Shown piece after piece: positions 38,069-48,480 of a stretch of DNA of 58,122 nt (position 1 is the first letter of the stretch; each line of letters opens with the position of its first letter). The stretch lies in contig CP070695.1 in assembly GCA_020353515.1 (NCBI GenBank), forward strand, positions 1,928,141-1,986,262, given 5' to 3'. This stretch comes from Candidatus Heimdallarchaeota archaeon (GTDB taxonomy: Archaea; Asgardarchaeota; Heimdallarchaeia; Hodarchaeales; Hodarchaeaceae). The position numbers and the translations under genes were made by a program. The notes below the pieces were generated by a model. The model searched no databases and was not told where the DNA came from. It saw only the letters and a list, made by a program, of their open reading frames with translations.

Positions 38069-39556
38069 ATGGGACAGAATAGAAAGACGAGAGGAATTTT
38101 TTTAGCAATAATTGTTATTTTTTTGAGTCTACAAACTCTTTGGATGGAAGCTATTGAAAATAAAGATTCTACTTTCCTAGATAGACGTTTAACGAAAAAA
38201 GAAACTAACTTAATCCAAATTCAACTAAATCAGACCTTTGGTGGGTCAGAAAGAGACTATGCTGTTGAAGTAATTCAAACTGCTGATGGAGGGTTCCTCA
38301 TTGCTGGTTCTACAGAATCCTATGGCGAAGGAGATTCAGATATGTGGTTAGTGAAGACTGATGTGAATGGATCTGTGGAATGGAATCAAACTTATGATAT
38401 CCAAGGAAGTGATTGGGCCTCTGACCTCATTCAGACTGCGGATGGGGGGTTCCTATTAATAGGAACCTCATCATACCAAAATATGTTACCTGTTATATAT
38501 AGCGGATCAGTGTTGAAGGTATTTGTTAATGGAACGAAAGAATGGTGTCAGACTTATGGTTATAGCCGAACAGAATGGTACGCAGATGAACATTCTTACA
38601 TTCATTCGGCAGTTCAGACGGCTGATGGTGGGTTCCTCTTCACAGGTGAGACGACCGACTATTATGTAGGTGACTCTGGGCCTAATAATATGGATATGTG
38701 GCTGGTGAAGACTGATATTAATGGCTCTCTTGAATGGAACAAGACCTATGGATCAGCGGATGATAGTGCTTCTGCAGTTATTCAGACAGCTGATGATGGG
38801 TTCCTCATTGCAGGTACGACGGTAGATTATCATTACACGGAAGGATCTGCAATATATCCCCATAATGGGGATATGTGGCTGGTGAAGATATATACTAATG
38901 GTTCTGTAGAATGGGATCAGGCTTATGGGGGATCAGAACATGACTATGCCCGTGAAGTTATTCAGACAACTGATGGGGGATTACTCCTTGCTGGTACGAT
39001 GAATTTTTGGACTAATGATTCGGATATGTGGCTTGTGAAAACTGATGCAAATGGATCTATGGAATGGAATCAGACTTATGGTGGTTTGAATGATGAATCA
39101 GCTTCTGCAGTCATTCAGGTGGCTGATGGTGGATTCCTTATTGCTGGTTCCACTGAATCCTATGGAGCTGGTGACAAGGATGTATGGCTTGTAAAGACTT
39201 ATGCTAATGGAACAGTCAAATGGAATCAGACTATTGGTGGATCAGAAAGAGATGGATCTTCTTCAGTAATTCAGACTACTAATGGCGATTTTCTTATTGT
39301 GGGCTATACAGAATCCTATGGAGCTGGTGATTACGACATGTGGTTGTTAAAATTCTCGGAAACAAGAGACACACCCACAGAATCAATGACTAATACACTG
39401 ACAGAGGAAGAAACAAGTCCAACAAATCCCTATTCAGCTACAAGTGAGTCAACTAATTTATCAGTTCTCATTATTGGATTTGAGACTCCCTTAGTTCTAG
39501 TAGTATTTTTGCTAGGAGTGCTCACTTATAAACGAAAGAAAAAGACTCGAATATAA
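38069..39556 (+). CDS. Secreted beta-propeller repeat protein with Ser/Thr linker and GFE-type C-terminal sorting signal
   Basis: About 7 repeats of WNQTYGG...QTADGGFL.AG...DMWLVKTD.NG; tail GFE + TM + KRKKK. Confidence 0.85.
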   Translation: MGQNRKTRGIFLAIIVIFLSLQTLWMEAIENKDSTFLDRRLTKKETNLIQIQLNQTFGGSERDYAVEVIQTADGGFLIAGSTESYGEGDSDMWLVKTDVNGSVEWNQTYDIQGSDWASDLIQTADGGFLLIGTSSYQNMLPVIYSGSVLKVFVNGTKEWCQTYGYSRTEWYADEHSYIHSAVQTADGGFLFTGETTDYYVGDSGPNNMDMWLVKTDINGSLEWNKTYGSADDSASAVIQTADDGFLIAGTTVDYHYTEGSAIYPHNGDMWLVKIYTNGSVEWDQAYGGSEHDYAREVIQTTDGGLLLAGTMNFWTNDSDMWLVKTDANGSMEWNQTYGGLNDESASAVIQVADGGFLIAGSTESYGAGDKDVWLVKTYANGTVKWNQTIGGSERDGSSSVIQTTNGDFLIVGYTESYGAGDYDMWLLKFSETRDTPTESMTNTLTEEETSPTNPYSATSESTNLSVLIIGFETPLVLVVFLLGVLTYKRKKKTRI

Positions 39557-39611
39557 AAAGATCTTAATTTCTCCACCTATTCTTAATAGTGATCAATGAT
39601 GAGCGATATAG

Positions 39612-40655
39612 ATGACAGTAGAAAGCTTTAAACACAGATTAATTAATTTCTACGAAACTCAAATTGAACAAGCTGATAATATTAAGATTTTTGATTTAAA
39701 TAAAATCACAAGCGGATGGGAAACAGAAGTATATTCCTTTGATATCGAGTATCAGTATAAAAAGGATAACATTCAGGAGAACCTTATTCTAAGAACCTTT
39801 CCAGGAAAAGGAGGACAGTGGAAGTCTCAATATGAATTTGACCTAATGAAGAATCTTATCAAGGCTAATTATCCAGTGCCAAGAGTTTATTTTTTAGAGT
39901 CCGAGAAAAAGATCCTAGGTTATCCATTCATTATCATGGAGAGAATGAAAGGAGGAACATTGAGTAAGGTTATCAGAGAAGCATCTGATGTAGAAAAACA
40001 GAAGCTTAAATTCCTTTATATTGAGTATTTTGTGAAGCTCCATAATCTAGACTATCAAAAAGTTGCTCCAAATGCTGCACAGATAAAATTTAACAACCAA
40101 TTTGAATATATTGAGAACCCCTTACAATCCATGAGAAAAGATGCAACTCGGTACAAGGTTGAGGAATTTTTAGAAGTTGTAGAATGGCTAGAGGAAAGAG
40201 TAGAGACTGTTCCAAATGAACAATTATCTTTAGTGCATTATGATTACCACCCCAGTAATATTGTTCTCTCAGAGGAAAAGAAACTGTATGTTATTGATTG
40301 GAGTGTTTCACGTGTAACTGATTTCCGTGTAGATCTAGGATGGACTTTATTATTACATAGTACGTATGGAGCGTATGAAAATAGAGATTTTATTCTGAAT
40401 ATTTATCAAAAAATATGCAACCAGAGAATTAAGCAAATTGAGTATTTCGAAGTAGTAGCAGCAGCCCGTCGGCTTATTGTTATGGCGATATCATTATCCG
40501 GACAAGATGAAGTGGTTGGAACAAGGCCAGAAGTGGCCCAAATTCTGAAAGGATATACAAAACATGTGGATGGTGTGATAAGGATCTTGAAAGATAGCAC
40601 AGGGATTATTCTGCATGGTCTTGAATCCATGATTAAGAAAGTATCACCCAGGTGA
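39612..40655 (+). CDS. Aminoglycoside-phosphotransferase-like (APH/ACAD10-11) kinase
   Basis: ILR, PVP.V, FIIME, HYDYHPSN, IDW, DLGW. Confidence 0.9.
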   Translation: MTVESFKHRLINFYETQIEQADNIKIFDLNKITSGWETEVYSFDIEYQYKKDNIQENLILRTFPGKGGQWKSQYEFDLMKNLIKANYPVPRVYFLESEKKILGYPFIIMERMKGGTLSKVIREASDVEKQKLKFLYIEYFVKLHNLDYQKVAPNAAQIKFNNQFEYIENPLQSMRKDATRYKVEEFLEVVEWLEERVETVPNEQLSLVHYDYHPSNIVLSEEKKLYVIDWSVSRVTDFRVDLGWTLLLHSTYGAYENRDFILNIYQKICNQRIKQIEYFEVVAAARRLIVMAISLSGQDEVVGTRPEVAQILKGYTKHVDGVIRILKDSTGIILHGLESMIKKVSPR

Positions 40656-40826
40656 ATTACACTCATTGATAAATTCGAAACATGTTCTGTGAAGATCCTT
40701 GTCTGGGATGGCACAGCAAATCCTAACTCTTTTGTAACCGTTTTTCTCTCAACAAACCGATGAAAATAAATTAATTACATCCTTTGATAAAATTCGAAAC
40801 ATTTAAATAATTACACTTTTTGATAA
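40655..40826 (+). promoter_or_regulatory. Three operator repeats around the promoter of the wHTH/ARPP-1/vWA operon
   Basis: AATTACA-N4-TTGATAA at 40655, 40773 and 40809; copies 2 and 3 flank TTTAAATA (40802-40809). Confidence 0.7.
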
Positions 40827-40829
40827 CAA

Positions 40830-42182
40830 GTGATGAAAAAAATCCAAGATCTTCTCTCCACAAAAGGAACGCTAACTATTCTTTCTTACCTAAAAAGTAA
40901 TCCTGGGATTACTATTGTAATGATTAATAGCTATTTTGCGAAATCTGTTCAAACTCCCCTTACTACTGCAACTATTTACCGGAGAGTTAAAGAATTAGAA
41001 GAATTAAAGCTAATTTCCCGTCTACCAACGAATTCAGAGAGATTCATTCTTACACTTTATGCGGAGGAGATCTTAAAAAAAAATAAGAGGTGGAAAAATG
41101 TGAATTTTCAAACAGTAATTCAAGATTTAGGTAGTTATTTTGATATTGGTACTCCTGTGTCCCAGGATAAATTTGTTGTTTATCCTTTGATTAAAACGGA
41201 CCTGTCTTCAGTCGTATTAGGTTTACTTGAGGCAGAGGAAAAAGAACTTGCATGGATTCAAGAATCAGAAGGATCGGAAAGTGTTGAGATTCTTGAAGCT
41301 ATTAATAAAAGCAAAAATCCTGTTTTAATACCTTATCTCCATCAAGTTGAGGGTGGAAAACAGGATAGAACTATTTTCGAACCTATTCTCATTCCCATTG
41401 GTAATGATGAGTCTAATCCATTAAAAATTCCTGCTAAGTGCATTGAACAGTCCCGATGGAGGTATTCTAGCTCTCGTGGTGAAACAACATCATTAAAATT
41501 CAAATCCGCGAAGACACGTATGGCCTCCCAAATGGCAAATGTCTCTGCTAAAGCTGGAGATCAATCTACCGTTTGGGAAACAGTATCCGCTGCAGTAGGT
41601 GCGTTACAGCTTGGCGAAGAAGACGCTCCTACTCATAGTTATCGTGAGATTCAGGAAAAATCCTACGAAAAAGATGCTGATCTTAAAAAACTGCAAGAAA
41701 GCCTCTCTGCTGCTGTCAATCTTGAGAATCAGGTTGGAATTGTATGTGCATATGGGGATAAGCTACTAGGTCTCGAGATTTATGGCTCTCCTACGCTTTG
41801 GAACCAGTTCAATGAGCTAGTCCTGAAAGGATTTCTTACTGATAAAGCATTCATGCAGAAACAGGAAATTACTCAAACGTTACCAGATAAGCTAGACGAG
41901 ATTCTGAGAAATGAATTCAAAGATCTCAAAGTGAATAAAGAAAAAGCAACAGGTACAGGGGATCTGTTTCGGTTTAATAATAAGAAATGGCAAGGAATCA
42001 GTATAAATTATCAAGGAAATCCTGTACATCTCTATGCTACCAAGGAACAAGTCGATATTCTCAAGGGGAGAAAACTACGACTGGAATATGGTGTTCCACA
42101 GATGCAGGTTCAATCAATTCGAAACATCCCGTCCCAACAACAAGAAATAATACTCGAACAAGTTATTGACGAATCAGAATAG
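40830..42182 (+). CDS. N-terminal wHTH fused to an ARPP-1 (DUF6569) domain
   Basis: TATIYRRVKEL HTH; N....PVL......GGKQDR....IP..CIEQ.RW, DQS.VW.V and PT.SY DUF6569 motifs. Confidence 0.8.
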   Translation: MMKKIQDLLSTKGTLTILSYLKSNPGITIVMINSYFAKSVQTPLTTATIYRRVKELEELKLISRLPTNSERFILTLYAEEILKKNKRWKNVNFQTVIQDLGSYFDIGTPVSQDKFVVYPLIKTDLSSVVLGLLEAEEKELAWIQESEGSESVEILEAINKSKNPVLIPYLHQVEGGKQDRTIFEPILIPIGNDESNPLKIPAKCIEQSRWRYSSSRGETTSLKFKSAKTRMASQMANVSAKAGDQSTVWETVSAAVGALQLGEEDAPTHSYREIQEKSYEKDADLKKLQESLSAAVNLENQVGIVCAYGDKLLGLEIYGSPTLWNQFNELVLKGFLTDKAFMQKQEITQTLPDKLDEILRNEFKDLKVNKEKATGTGDLFRFNNKKWQGISINYQGNPVHLYATKEQVDILKGRKLRLEYGVPQMQVQSIRNIPSQQQEIILEQVIDESE

Positions 42183-42777
42183 CGAAAGTGGGTTTAAAAC
42201 AATGTTTGACTTACTAGCGTCAAAAGGAAGTAAGGAAATTTTAGAATACATTAGAGAACAGATGAAAGAAAAGCCTGATGATCGAAAATCAAGTAGTGTC
42301 GATATTAATGCCCATTTTACAGGTGATGAAGCCCCTGAAATGCTTACAACAGCAACGATCTATAGAAGATTAAAAGAATTAGAACTGGTAGGGTTTATCA
42401 TTAGACAACCACCAGATTCTAACACCTTTATCCTCACTCAACAAGCCATTGACATTCTTGACCGTCAAATTCTTCAGCATCCTGAAATAACAGAGTTAAA
42501 ACGATCCCATCGGTCGCTTCTCCGTCAAATAAGGCAACATAAGAATGCCAACGTAATCGAACTGCAAGAAAAAGCGCAATTGTCTCCAACAACAATTAAT
42601 GTTGGGTTACAAAAACTAAGCAATCTTGGTTTGATAGAACCAATCAAAGTTGATAAGAAAAAACCAATTGGATCATTAAAGCGCCCAGGTCGTCCAAAAA
42701 AGCGACATAAACTTACAAAAAAGGGGGAGGAGATATATGAAGCACAAGCGATGCTTGAAGAAGAACAAACTAAATAG
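42166..42777 (+). CDS. Double winged-HTH transcriptional regulator
   Basis: DLL.SKG...LTTATIYRRLKEL paralogous to the upstream HTH; second HTH with GRP...LTKKG wing. Confidence 0.8.
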   Translation: MTNQNSESGFKTMFDLLASKGSKEILEYIREQMKEKPDDRKSSSVDINAHFTGDEAPEMLTTATIYRRLKELELVGFIIRQPPDSNTFILTQQAIDILDRQILQHPEITELKRSHRSLLRQIRQHKNANVIELQEKAQLSPTTINVGLQKLSNLGLIEPIKVDKKKPIGSLKRPGRPKKRHKLTKKGEEIYEAQAMLEEEQTK

Positions 42778-42788
42778 AAGGAACCATT

Positions 42789-44057
42789 ATGACAATAGAA
42801 GAAAATGAAGATATTAAAATCGAAGTGACCCCGAGCTCACAATACGCTTTAGCTAATGGTGAGACCCATCTTTACATTCAACTGAAATTGACAGGAAAAG
42901 AGATTGAAGTTGAGGGGGCTAGAACCAACATAAATTTGGGAGTAGTTCTTGATCGTTCAGGGAGTATGCATGGTTCAAAGCTGCAAAAAGCAAAAGAAGC
43001 AGTCGAATTCATTGTCAATAATCTCTCAAATGAGGATGTATTTGCATTAACGATGTATGATCATAAAATCGATACAATCATCCCATCAGCGAAATTAATT
43101 AATCGTACCGCAATTATAAATCAACTCCGAGCCATTCGTAGTCGTGGTAGAACTAACCTACATGGGGGTGTCATTGAGGGAGCAAAACAGATTGAAACTG
43201 TAAAATACCTAGAATATAGGAACGTATTATTACTCCTTTCTGATGGTCTAGCTAATGAGGGAATAACTGATCGTAACCGCATTCGAGAATCAGTGACAGG
43301 CATTTACGAAGGGGGGATCGGGATAAGTACATTCGGAGTAGGTGATGATTTTGATGAGGATTTACTCGTGAATATTGCTGATGCTGCTGGAGGCTCCTTC
43401 TATTTCATTGAAACGCCTGATAATATTCCTAAATTCATTGAAAAAGAATTTCAAGGACTTTTAGTAACTGCAGGTTACAACATAGAGATTGAATGGCAGA
43501 CTGTGGAAGATGTACGTATTCAAAGAGCACTGGGAGTTCCTTACGAAGATCGGTTATCTACTAAATCAAAAATGGGTGATCTCAGAAGCGGAAATGAGTT
43601 ATTAGTAATTCTTGATGTAACAATCCCCCCAACTGAGAGTCAAGAAGTGGAAGCGGTGACTTTTAATGTCAAGTGGGTCCCTCGAAGTGGATCCACCAAG
43701 CCCATTCAAACCACTATTCCCTGTAACATAATATACACAACTGATGAAAGTCTTCTCGCTACAGAAAACGACCAAGTTTTAGAGAATGTTCATATTTTAG
43801 AAGCTGCTTATACCCAGTATGAAGCAATGGAGATGGCTGATCTAGGAGATTTTTCAGGAGCTCAAAGAACCATGCACATGTTTCAAGAAAAGCTCGACCG
43901 ACAAATTTCTCAGACTGGATCTGTGAATCTGCAAAGGTTGCATGAACAACAGAGTGAGATGTTAAGAGATGTGTTGAGTGAGGAGAAATATTCCAAAGGT
44001 ACTCGGAAAAAACTTCGGTCTAGCATGTATGATCTTCGAAAAAGACGATCTTCATGA
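42789..44057 (+). CDS. von Willebrand factor A (YfbK-like) domain protein
   Basis: MIDAS motif DRSGSM, T, LLSDG.AN.G, GVG.DFDE.LL..IA..AGG. Confidence 0.9.
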   Translation: MTIEENEDIKIEVTPSSQYALANGETHLYIQLKLTGKEIEVEGARTNINLGVVLDRSGSMHGSKLQKAKEAVEFIVNNLSNEDVFALTMYDHKIDTIIPSAKLINRTAIINQLRAIRSRGRTNLHGGVIEGAKQIETVKYLEYRNVLLLLSDGLANEGITDRNRIRESVTGIYEGGIGISTFGVGDDFDEDLLVNIADAAGGSFYFIETPDNIPKFIEKEFQGLLVTAGYNIEIEWQTVEDVRIQRALGVPYEDRLSTKSKMGDLRSGNELLVILDVTIPPTESQEVEAVTFNVKWVPRSGSTKPIQTTIPCNIIYTTDESLLATENDQVLENVHILEAAYTQYEAMEMADLGDFSGAQRTMHMFQEKLDRQISQTGSVNLQRLHEQQSEMLRDVLSEEKYSKGTRKKLRSSMYDLRKRRSS

Positions 44058-44109
44058 GGTTTTACGATGACACGGGTTGCTATTAATCCTAGTATCCCGT
44101 ACGATTAGG

Positions 44110-44124
44110 CCCCTCCTTTTTTTA
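44110..44124 (+). terminator. Oligo-T terminator after vWA
   Basis: CCCCTCC followed by a T run downstream of the stop. Confidence 0.45.
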
Positions 44125-44233
44125 TTATTATATAGATTATAGACAACTTTTTCATAAGGGTCTACTTTTATTAGGCACTTTTTTTCAGCTTTAGTGTAAC
44201 AACTAAGTACCTTACACGATGTGAGATGTAATT

Positions 44234-44953
44234 ATGTCAGCTGATAAAGAACGATCTTTCTTGAAATATGAAATTACAGGTAGTCCTGCTTTTTCCGTGG
44301 TGAGAATCTTTCTAGATCAACCTGGTCAGCAGGTACGAGCAGAGGGTGGAGCTATGGTGTATATGGATGGTCACATCCATATGGAGACGAAATCTGCAGG
44401 TGGAATTATGCGGGGATTGAAGCGTAAATTCTCTGGTGAATCTATGTTCCAGAACTTCTTTTCCCTTCCTGATGGTGCACCTCCTGGTATGGTTGCCTTT
44501 GCACATGGAGCACCAGGTGATATTGTTCATCTCCACCTTGAAAAAGGTGAAGAATGGACATTAAGCAGAGATGCATATATTTGTGGATCAACAAGCATAG
44601 CAGTAACGTCAAAACTGGGTGGATTTAAGAGTATGTTAGGAGGGGAAGGCCTTGTACTCACAAAAATTATGGCCGAAGGTGAAGGTGACGTATGGATGGG
44701 TGGCTATGGCTATGTTGAGCGTCATGAGCTAGCCCCAGGACAAGAATTTGTTTGTGACAATGGTGTGATGATGGCTTTTCAAACCCATATGCAACATCGA
44801 GTCTCAAAAGTAGGTGGACGGAAAAGTTTTATTCTTGGTGGCGAAGGGATTGTTATTCGTTACACTGGACCTGGTATTGTTTATACCCAGAATCGCGAGA
44901 TTGGCTTATTAGCTTCTTTACTTGTGCCATACTTACCTGTGACACGAGGATAG
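44234..44953 (+). CDS. TIGR00266 / AIM24 family protein
   Basis: AE.GAM..M, GESMF.N, GGEGL, GPG.V..Q.R. Confidence 0.9.
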   Translation: MSADKERSFLKYEITGSPAFSVVRIFLDQPGQQVRAEGGAMVYMDGHIHMETKSAGGIMRGLKRKFSGESMFQNFFSLPDGAPPGMVAFAHGAPGDIVHLHLEKGEEWTLSRDAYICGSTSIAVTSKLGGFKSMLGGEGLVLTKIMAEGEGDVWMGGYGYVERHELAPGQEFVCDNGVMMAFQTHMQHRVSKVGGRKSFILGGEGIVIRYTGPGIVYTQNREIGLLASLLVPYLPVTRG

Positions 44954-44982
44954 AAAAAACTATCCTACATTCCCTTTTTTCA

Positions 44983-46386
44983 TTAATATGGGGTAATATT
45001 TACTTTTGAGATTTTAACAGGAGGAACTAGTGCCATATCTTGCCAATGACCAGCCATGCGGTTAGGGCCAACCATTTCGATGTTTTTTGCCATATCTAGG
45101 ATATTATCCAAGAGGCGACACTTTTGGATTGAATATGTTATTTCCCCATTCTCTACTAAGAATGTACCCTGCCTCAAAATACCTGTATAATCTCCAGTTC
45201 CCCCGTTTGTGACATATGCATAATGGAGAAAATCTAGGTATATCCCTTTTTTCGTCTCTGCAATCATTTCTTCAACGTTACTATCCCCAGGGGTCATATA
45301 AATTGAAGGAAGCAAGGGTAAGGGTTCACTTTGATAAAGCTGACCAGGATAAACTGTCATCCCTGAAGCTGCTTGTATTCGATATCCAGTTCCGTTCGAA
45401 TTTGTTTGAAATTGAGTGGCATAGAAAGAATCAAGGGGCATTGTCTTATACACACCATTTTCTATTAGGTAAATATCTTGTGTCGGTACCCCTTCATCAT
45501 CATAAGCGCCTGACACAGGACTGGCAACTTGTAAGGAATCGTGACCTACAGTCATCAATGAAGATGCGATCTCTTCTCCAAATTTATCTTTGAGTAGTGG
45601 CATATTTCGTTCTTGGTATTGAGGATAAGTTAGGTATGCTAACCAACCCAAGAAAGTTGATACAGACATAGCACTTAGAATTATTTCATAAGAATTGGCT
45701 TCTATCTTTTGGCCATCAAGACTTCTAACTGCCATATCTGCTGAATGGTTTGAAAGAGAAGTAGTATCTATCTCACTAAGTTTCCATCCTGCAGAAGAAT
45801 CTGATCCTTCCCGTCTGTCTTGAGCCGATTCAGCAACAGCAAGCAACTCCATATTCCAGTAGGTACCCTTTTCAGAGATATCTAATCCATTGGTATTCAT
45901 GATATGTTTTGAGTATTCTACCAGATGAGTTGGCCCTGCAGCTTCTTTAATTGCTGAGTTCAGCTCCAATGTCTCTTGTAACATCTGATTGACTTGATCA
46001 TTGATATCATCATATGAAAATATCATTTCAACCAGATTTTTATCATATAAGTTGTTTTCTCGTGTAGCTTTATGAGGATGCGAGAATGAATATTCATGCT
46101 TGAGTTTTCGGTACCTTGATAACGCCATGGCTTCCTCTATGGCGTCTAATATTGATTTATCAGAAAAACTACATGTTGATGAAAATCCTAATCCTTGATC
46201 CTTAGTCAAGATACGGATCCCTAGTCCAGCATCCTGAATCACTTTGCTTTCTAAGACTTTCCCCACTGCTGAACGAATAGTTAATAGCTGATTTGCTCCA
46301 AGAAATATCTCTGCTTGAGCTGTGTTTTTTTGGCTTTTTGCTTTAGTTAAGGCGTATTCCAAACGTTCTGAGTAATCTAGCATCAC
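44983..46386 (-). CDS. pmbA: TldE/PmbA family protein
   Basis: GLGIR, YDDEGVP, LVENGEI; lacks HExxxH. Confidence 0.85.
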   Translation of the reverse strand: MMLDYSERLEYALTKAKSQKNTAQAEIFLGANQLLTIRSAVGKVLESKVIQDAGLGIRILTKDQGLGFSSTCSFSDKSILDAIEEAMALSRYRKLKHEYSFSHPHKATRENNLYDKNLVEMIFSYDDINDQVNQMLQETLELNSAIKEAAGPTHLVEYSKHIMNTNGLDISEKGTYWNMELLAVAESAQDRREGSDSSAGWKLSEIDTTSLSNHSADMAVRSLDGQKIEANSYEIILSAMSVSTFLGWLAYLTYPQYQERNMPLLKDKFGEEIASSLMTVGHDSLQVASPVSGAYDDEGVPTQDIYLIENGVYKTMPLDSFYATQFQTNSNGTGYRIQAASGMTVYPGQLYQSEPLPLLPSIYMTPGDSNVEEMIAETKKGIYLDFLHYAYVTNGGTGDYTGILRQGTFLVENGEITYSIQKCRLLDNILDMAKNIEMVGPNRMAGHWQDMALVPPVKISKVNITPY

Positions 46387-46399
46387 GATCGCCTCCTTC

Positions 46400-47851
46400 T
46401 CAACTCCCTGGTCCCTTTAAAGTAGCTATTCCTCGCATTGTTGGCCCACCATTTGAAACAGTTCCTCCCTGCATTGGATCTCCTTTTCCACAGCCTGACC
46501 AGAAAAGTAGTTGGTCATCCCCAGCGAGAGCATCTATGCTCTGGAGAAAAGCTGGGGTTGTTGCTGTTGCAGTACATGAATAGAGTTGACCAGTTAATTC
46601 CCCATTCTTAATTAAAAATCCTTCCTGGCTTGAGATTGCCCAATTAAAACGCTGATCATCAATGGAGGGGATGTTTGCTCCTAAAAGATAAACCCCCTCT
46701 TTTGTATCCTCAATTATCTCATCTGATTTCCAATCTCCAGTTCCCCAGTATACATTAATCTGACGAATGATTGGGTGATACTCATAGGTATTTGCTCTCA
46801 TCGCACCATTGGGTTCAACACCCATAATGAATGCTGTCTCCCTCGAATGCATACGTTCAGTGAGGATACCCTCATTGATCAAGGTTGTCCTCTTACATGG
46901 GGTTCCTTCATCATCATATAACATATAAGCGAAGTTGTTTGGAATTGTTGGGTCATTATAGATTGTGACATATTCGGATCCAATTTTAGTGGGATTTCCT
47001 TCATCTTTACTCAGTCCTTTCCACCATGTACTCCCTGCCCAAGCAGCTTCCCAACCAAGAACTCGATCTGCTTCAGAAGGATGTCCAACAATTTCATGAA
47101 CAAGTAGTGCCATATATGCAGGATCAAAAACAATCGGGATATTTCGGAGATTTGGGGCTGGTTTAGCGTTCGCTAGACTCATTGCTTTTTCTCCAATTGT
47201 TTGGCAAGTTTCAGTGAGATCCCCATTCTTTCCAAGAATTTCATGGCCACCAGTTCCCCCAGCATCAGGAGTGGTTCCTCCCCAAGGTTGATAATAGGCG
47301 CGTACACCAGACGATCCCTTTGCTACGGCCCCTAGATTGACATTTACTATCGGTCTTATGAATTCGATTTTCGTTCCTTCACTACTCCAGAATAATTTTC
47401 TTGCAGCAATTGTTGCATAATCTACGATGGTTCTCATGATATTATCTGAAACATGAATCTCTTTATGCCACCCTAAAATCTCTTTTATTTTCTCTTCAAG
47501 TGTTATTTCCCGAAAATCTATCTCACAGTTAACTTCGACACGATCTTCTGAGATTGGTATATCTGCTAGTTGAATTGGAGTTTTTGTTCTGTTTGATTCG
47601 ATTTGGGCCATTTTTCGAGCTATTTCAACTGTTTTTAATAGATTATCTTTAGTTAAATCCTGAGTACTTGCGAACCCCCAGGCTCCATTAGATAATATCC
47701 GAACGCCTAGGCCGTTTTTTTGGTAAGTAAATGCCTTTGAAATCTCCTCATTGATTGATTTGATCACTATATTCTGAAAGAATTCCAGTCGGATATCTAA
47801 GTATTCATTCCCCTTCCCCAAATCTAGAACCTGCTGTAATAAATCTTCCAA
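46400..47851 (-). CDS. tldD: TldD metalloprotease
   Basis: HEIVGHPSEAD zinc motif, YDDEG, CGKGDPMQ; RBS GGAG favours TTG 47851. Confidence 0.9.
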   Translation of the reverse strand: MEDLLQQVLDLGKGNEYLDIRLEFFQNIVIKSINEEISKAFTYQKNGLGVRILSNGAWGFASTQDLTKDNLLKTVEIARKMAQIESNRTKTPIQLADIPISEDRVEVNCEIDFREITLEEKIKEILGWHKEIHVSDNIMRTIVDYATIAARKLFWSSEGTKIEFIRPIVNVNLGAVAKGSSGVRAYYQPWGGTTPDAGGTGGHEILGKNGDLTETCQTIGEKAMSLANAKPAPNLRNIPIVFDPAYMALLVHEIVGHPSEADRVLGWEAAWAGSTWWKGLSKDEGNPTKIGSEYVTIYNDPTIPNNFAYMLYDDEGTPCKRTTLINEGILTERMHSRETAFIMGVEPNGAMRANTYEYHPIIRQINVYWGTGDWKSDEIIEDTKEGVYLLGANIPSIDDQRFNWAISSQEGFLIKNGELTGQLYSCTATATTPAFLQSIDALAGDDQLLFWSGCGKGDPMQGGTVSNGGPTMRGIATLKGPGS

Positions 47852-48167
47852 ATTTATCGCTCCTAATAATACTTGTAGCCTGAAACATATAACACATCTT
47901 TTCAAGTATTTTGCCTTGAGTCATTTCACATTTTAACTGTAATATCAGTAAAACATCCTCCTATCAAAGTATTGTGGTTAAAGAGTCCTCTTCTACCTTT
48001 TTGTAGTACAAAACAATGGTTTCTCTTCCTCACATCAATTCTATTCCTTTTGATCGTTGGTTAACCACCTTCTACTCCTCATTCAGCGTACCCCCATTCT
48101 TTTTATTTCTATACCAGTCTGCATTACAATTTATAAGGGATTTATTTCAATTCATATCAGATAATAA

Positions 48168-48430
48168 GTGATATTGTGTCTGATAGCCAAATATCTAGGC
48201 CGAAGAATTACTAGAGGGTTATTCAAATCCCAAAAAGGCACAATTATTAATGCAGATGTGAATGGCGCGTATAACATTCTGAAAAAAGCATTCCTGAACG
48301 CTGTTGACGCTGACAGGATAGAGGATGTTGGGTTACATCCCACACGTTGGAGACTAGCTTCGGTAACGAGCTAATTAATGACCTCATGTGGATAAAATTG
48401 AATACACACATATCAATTTTAATAACCTCA
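48168..48430 (+). mobile_element. tnpB: IS200/IS605-family tnpB 3' remnant
   Basis: [22 protein letters not shown] RuvC-III tail; the rest of the gene is missing. Confidence 0.85.
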
Positions 48431-48480
48431 GTAAAACCTTTAATAAAGGCATCTAACGAGTATAACTAGTTGGTGTAGTT

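Noticed and set aside
44983-47851. TldD/E as a maturation protease for the 12.5-kb peptide (RiPP cluster)
   Set aside because: 32 kb away, widespread housekeeping genes, and no RiPP modification enzymes nearby
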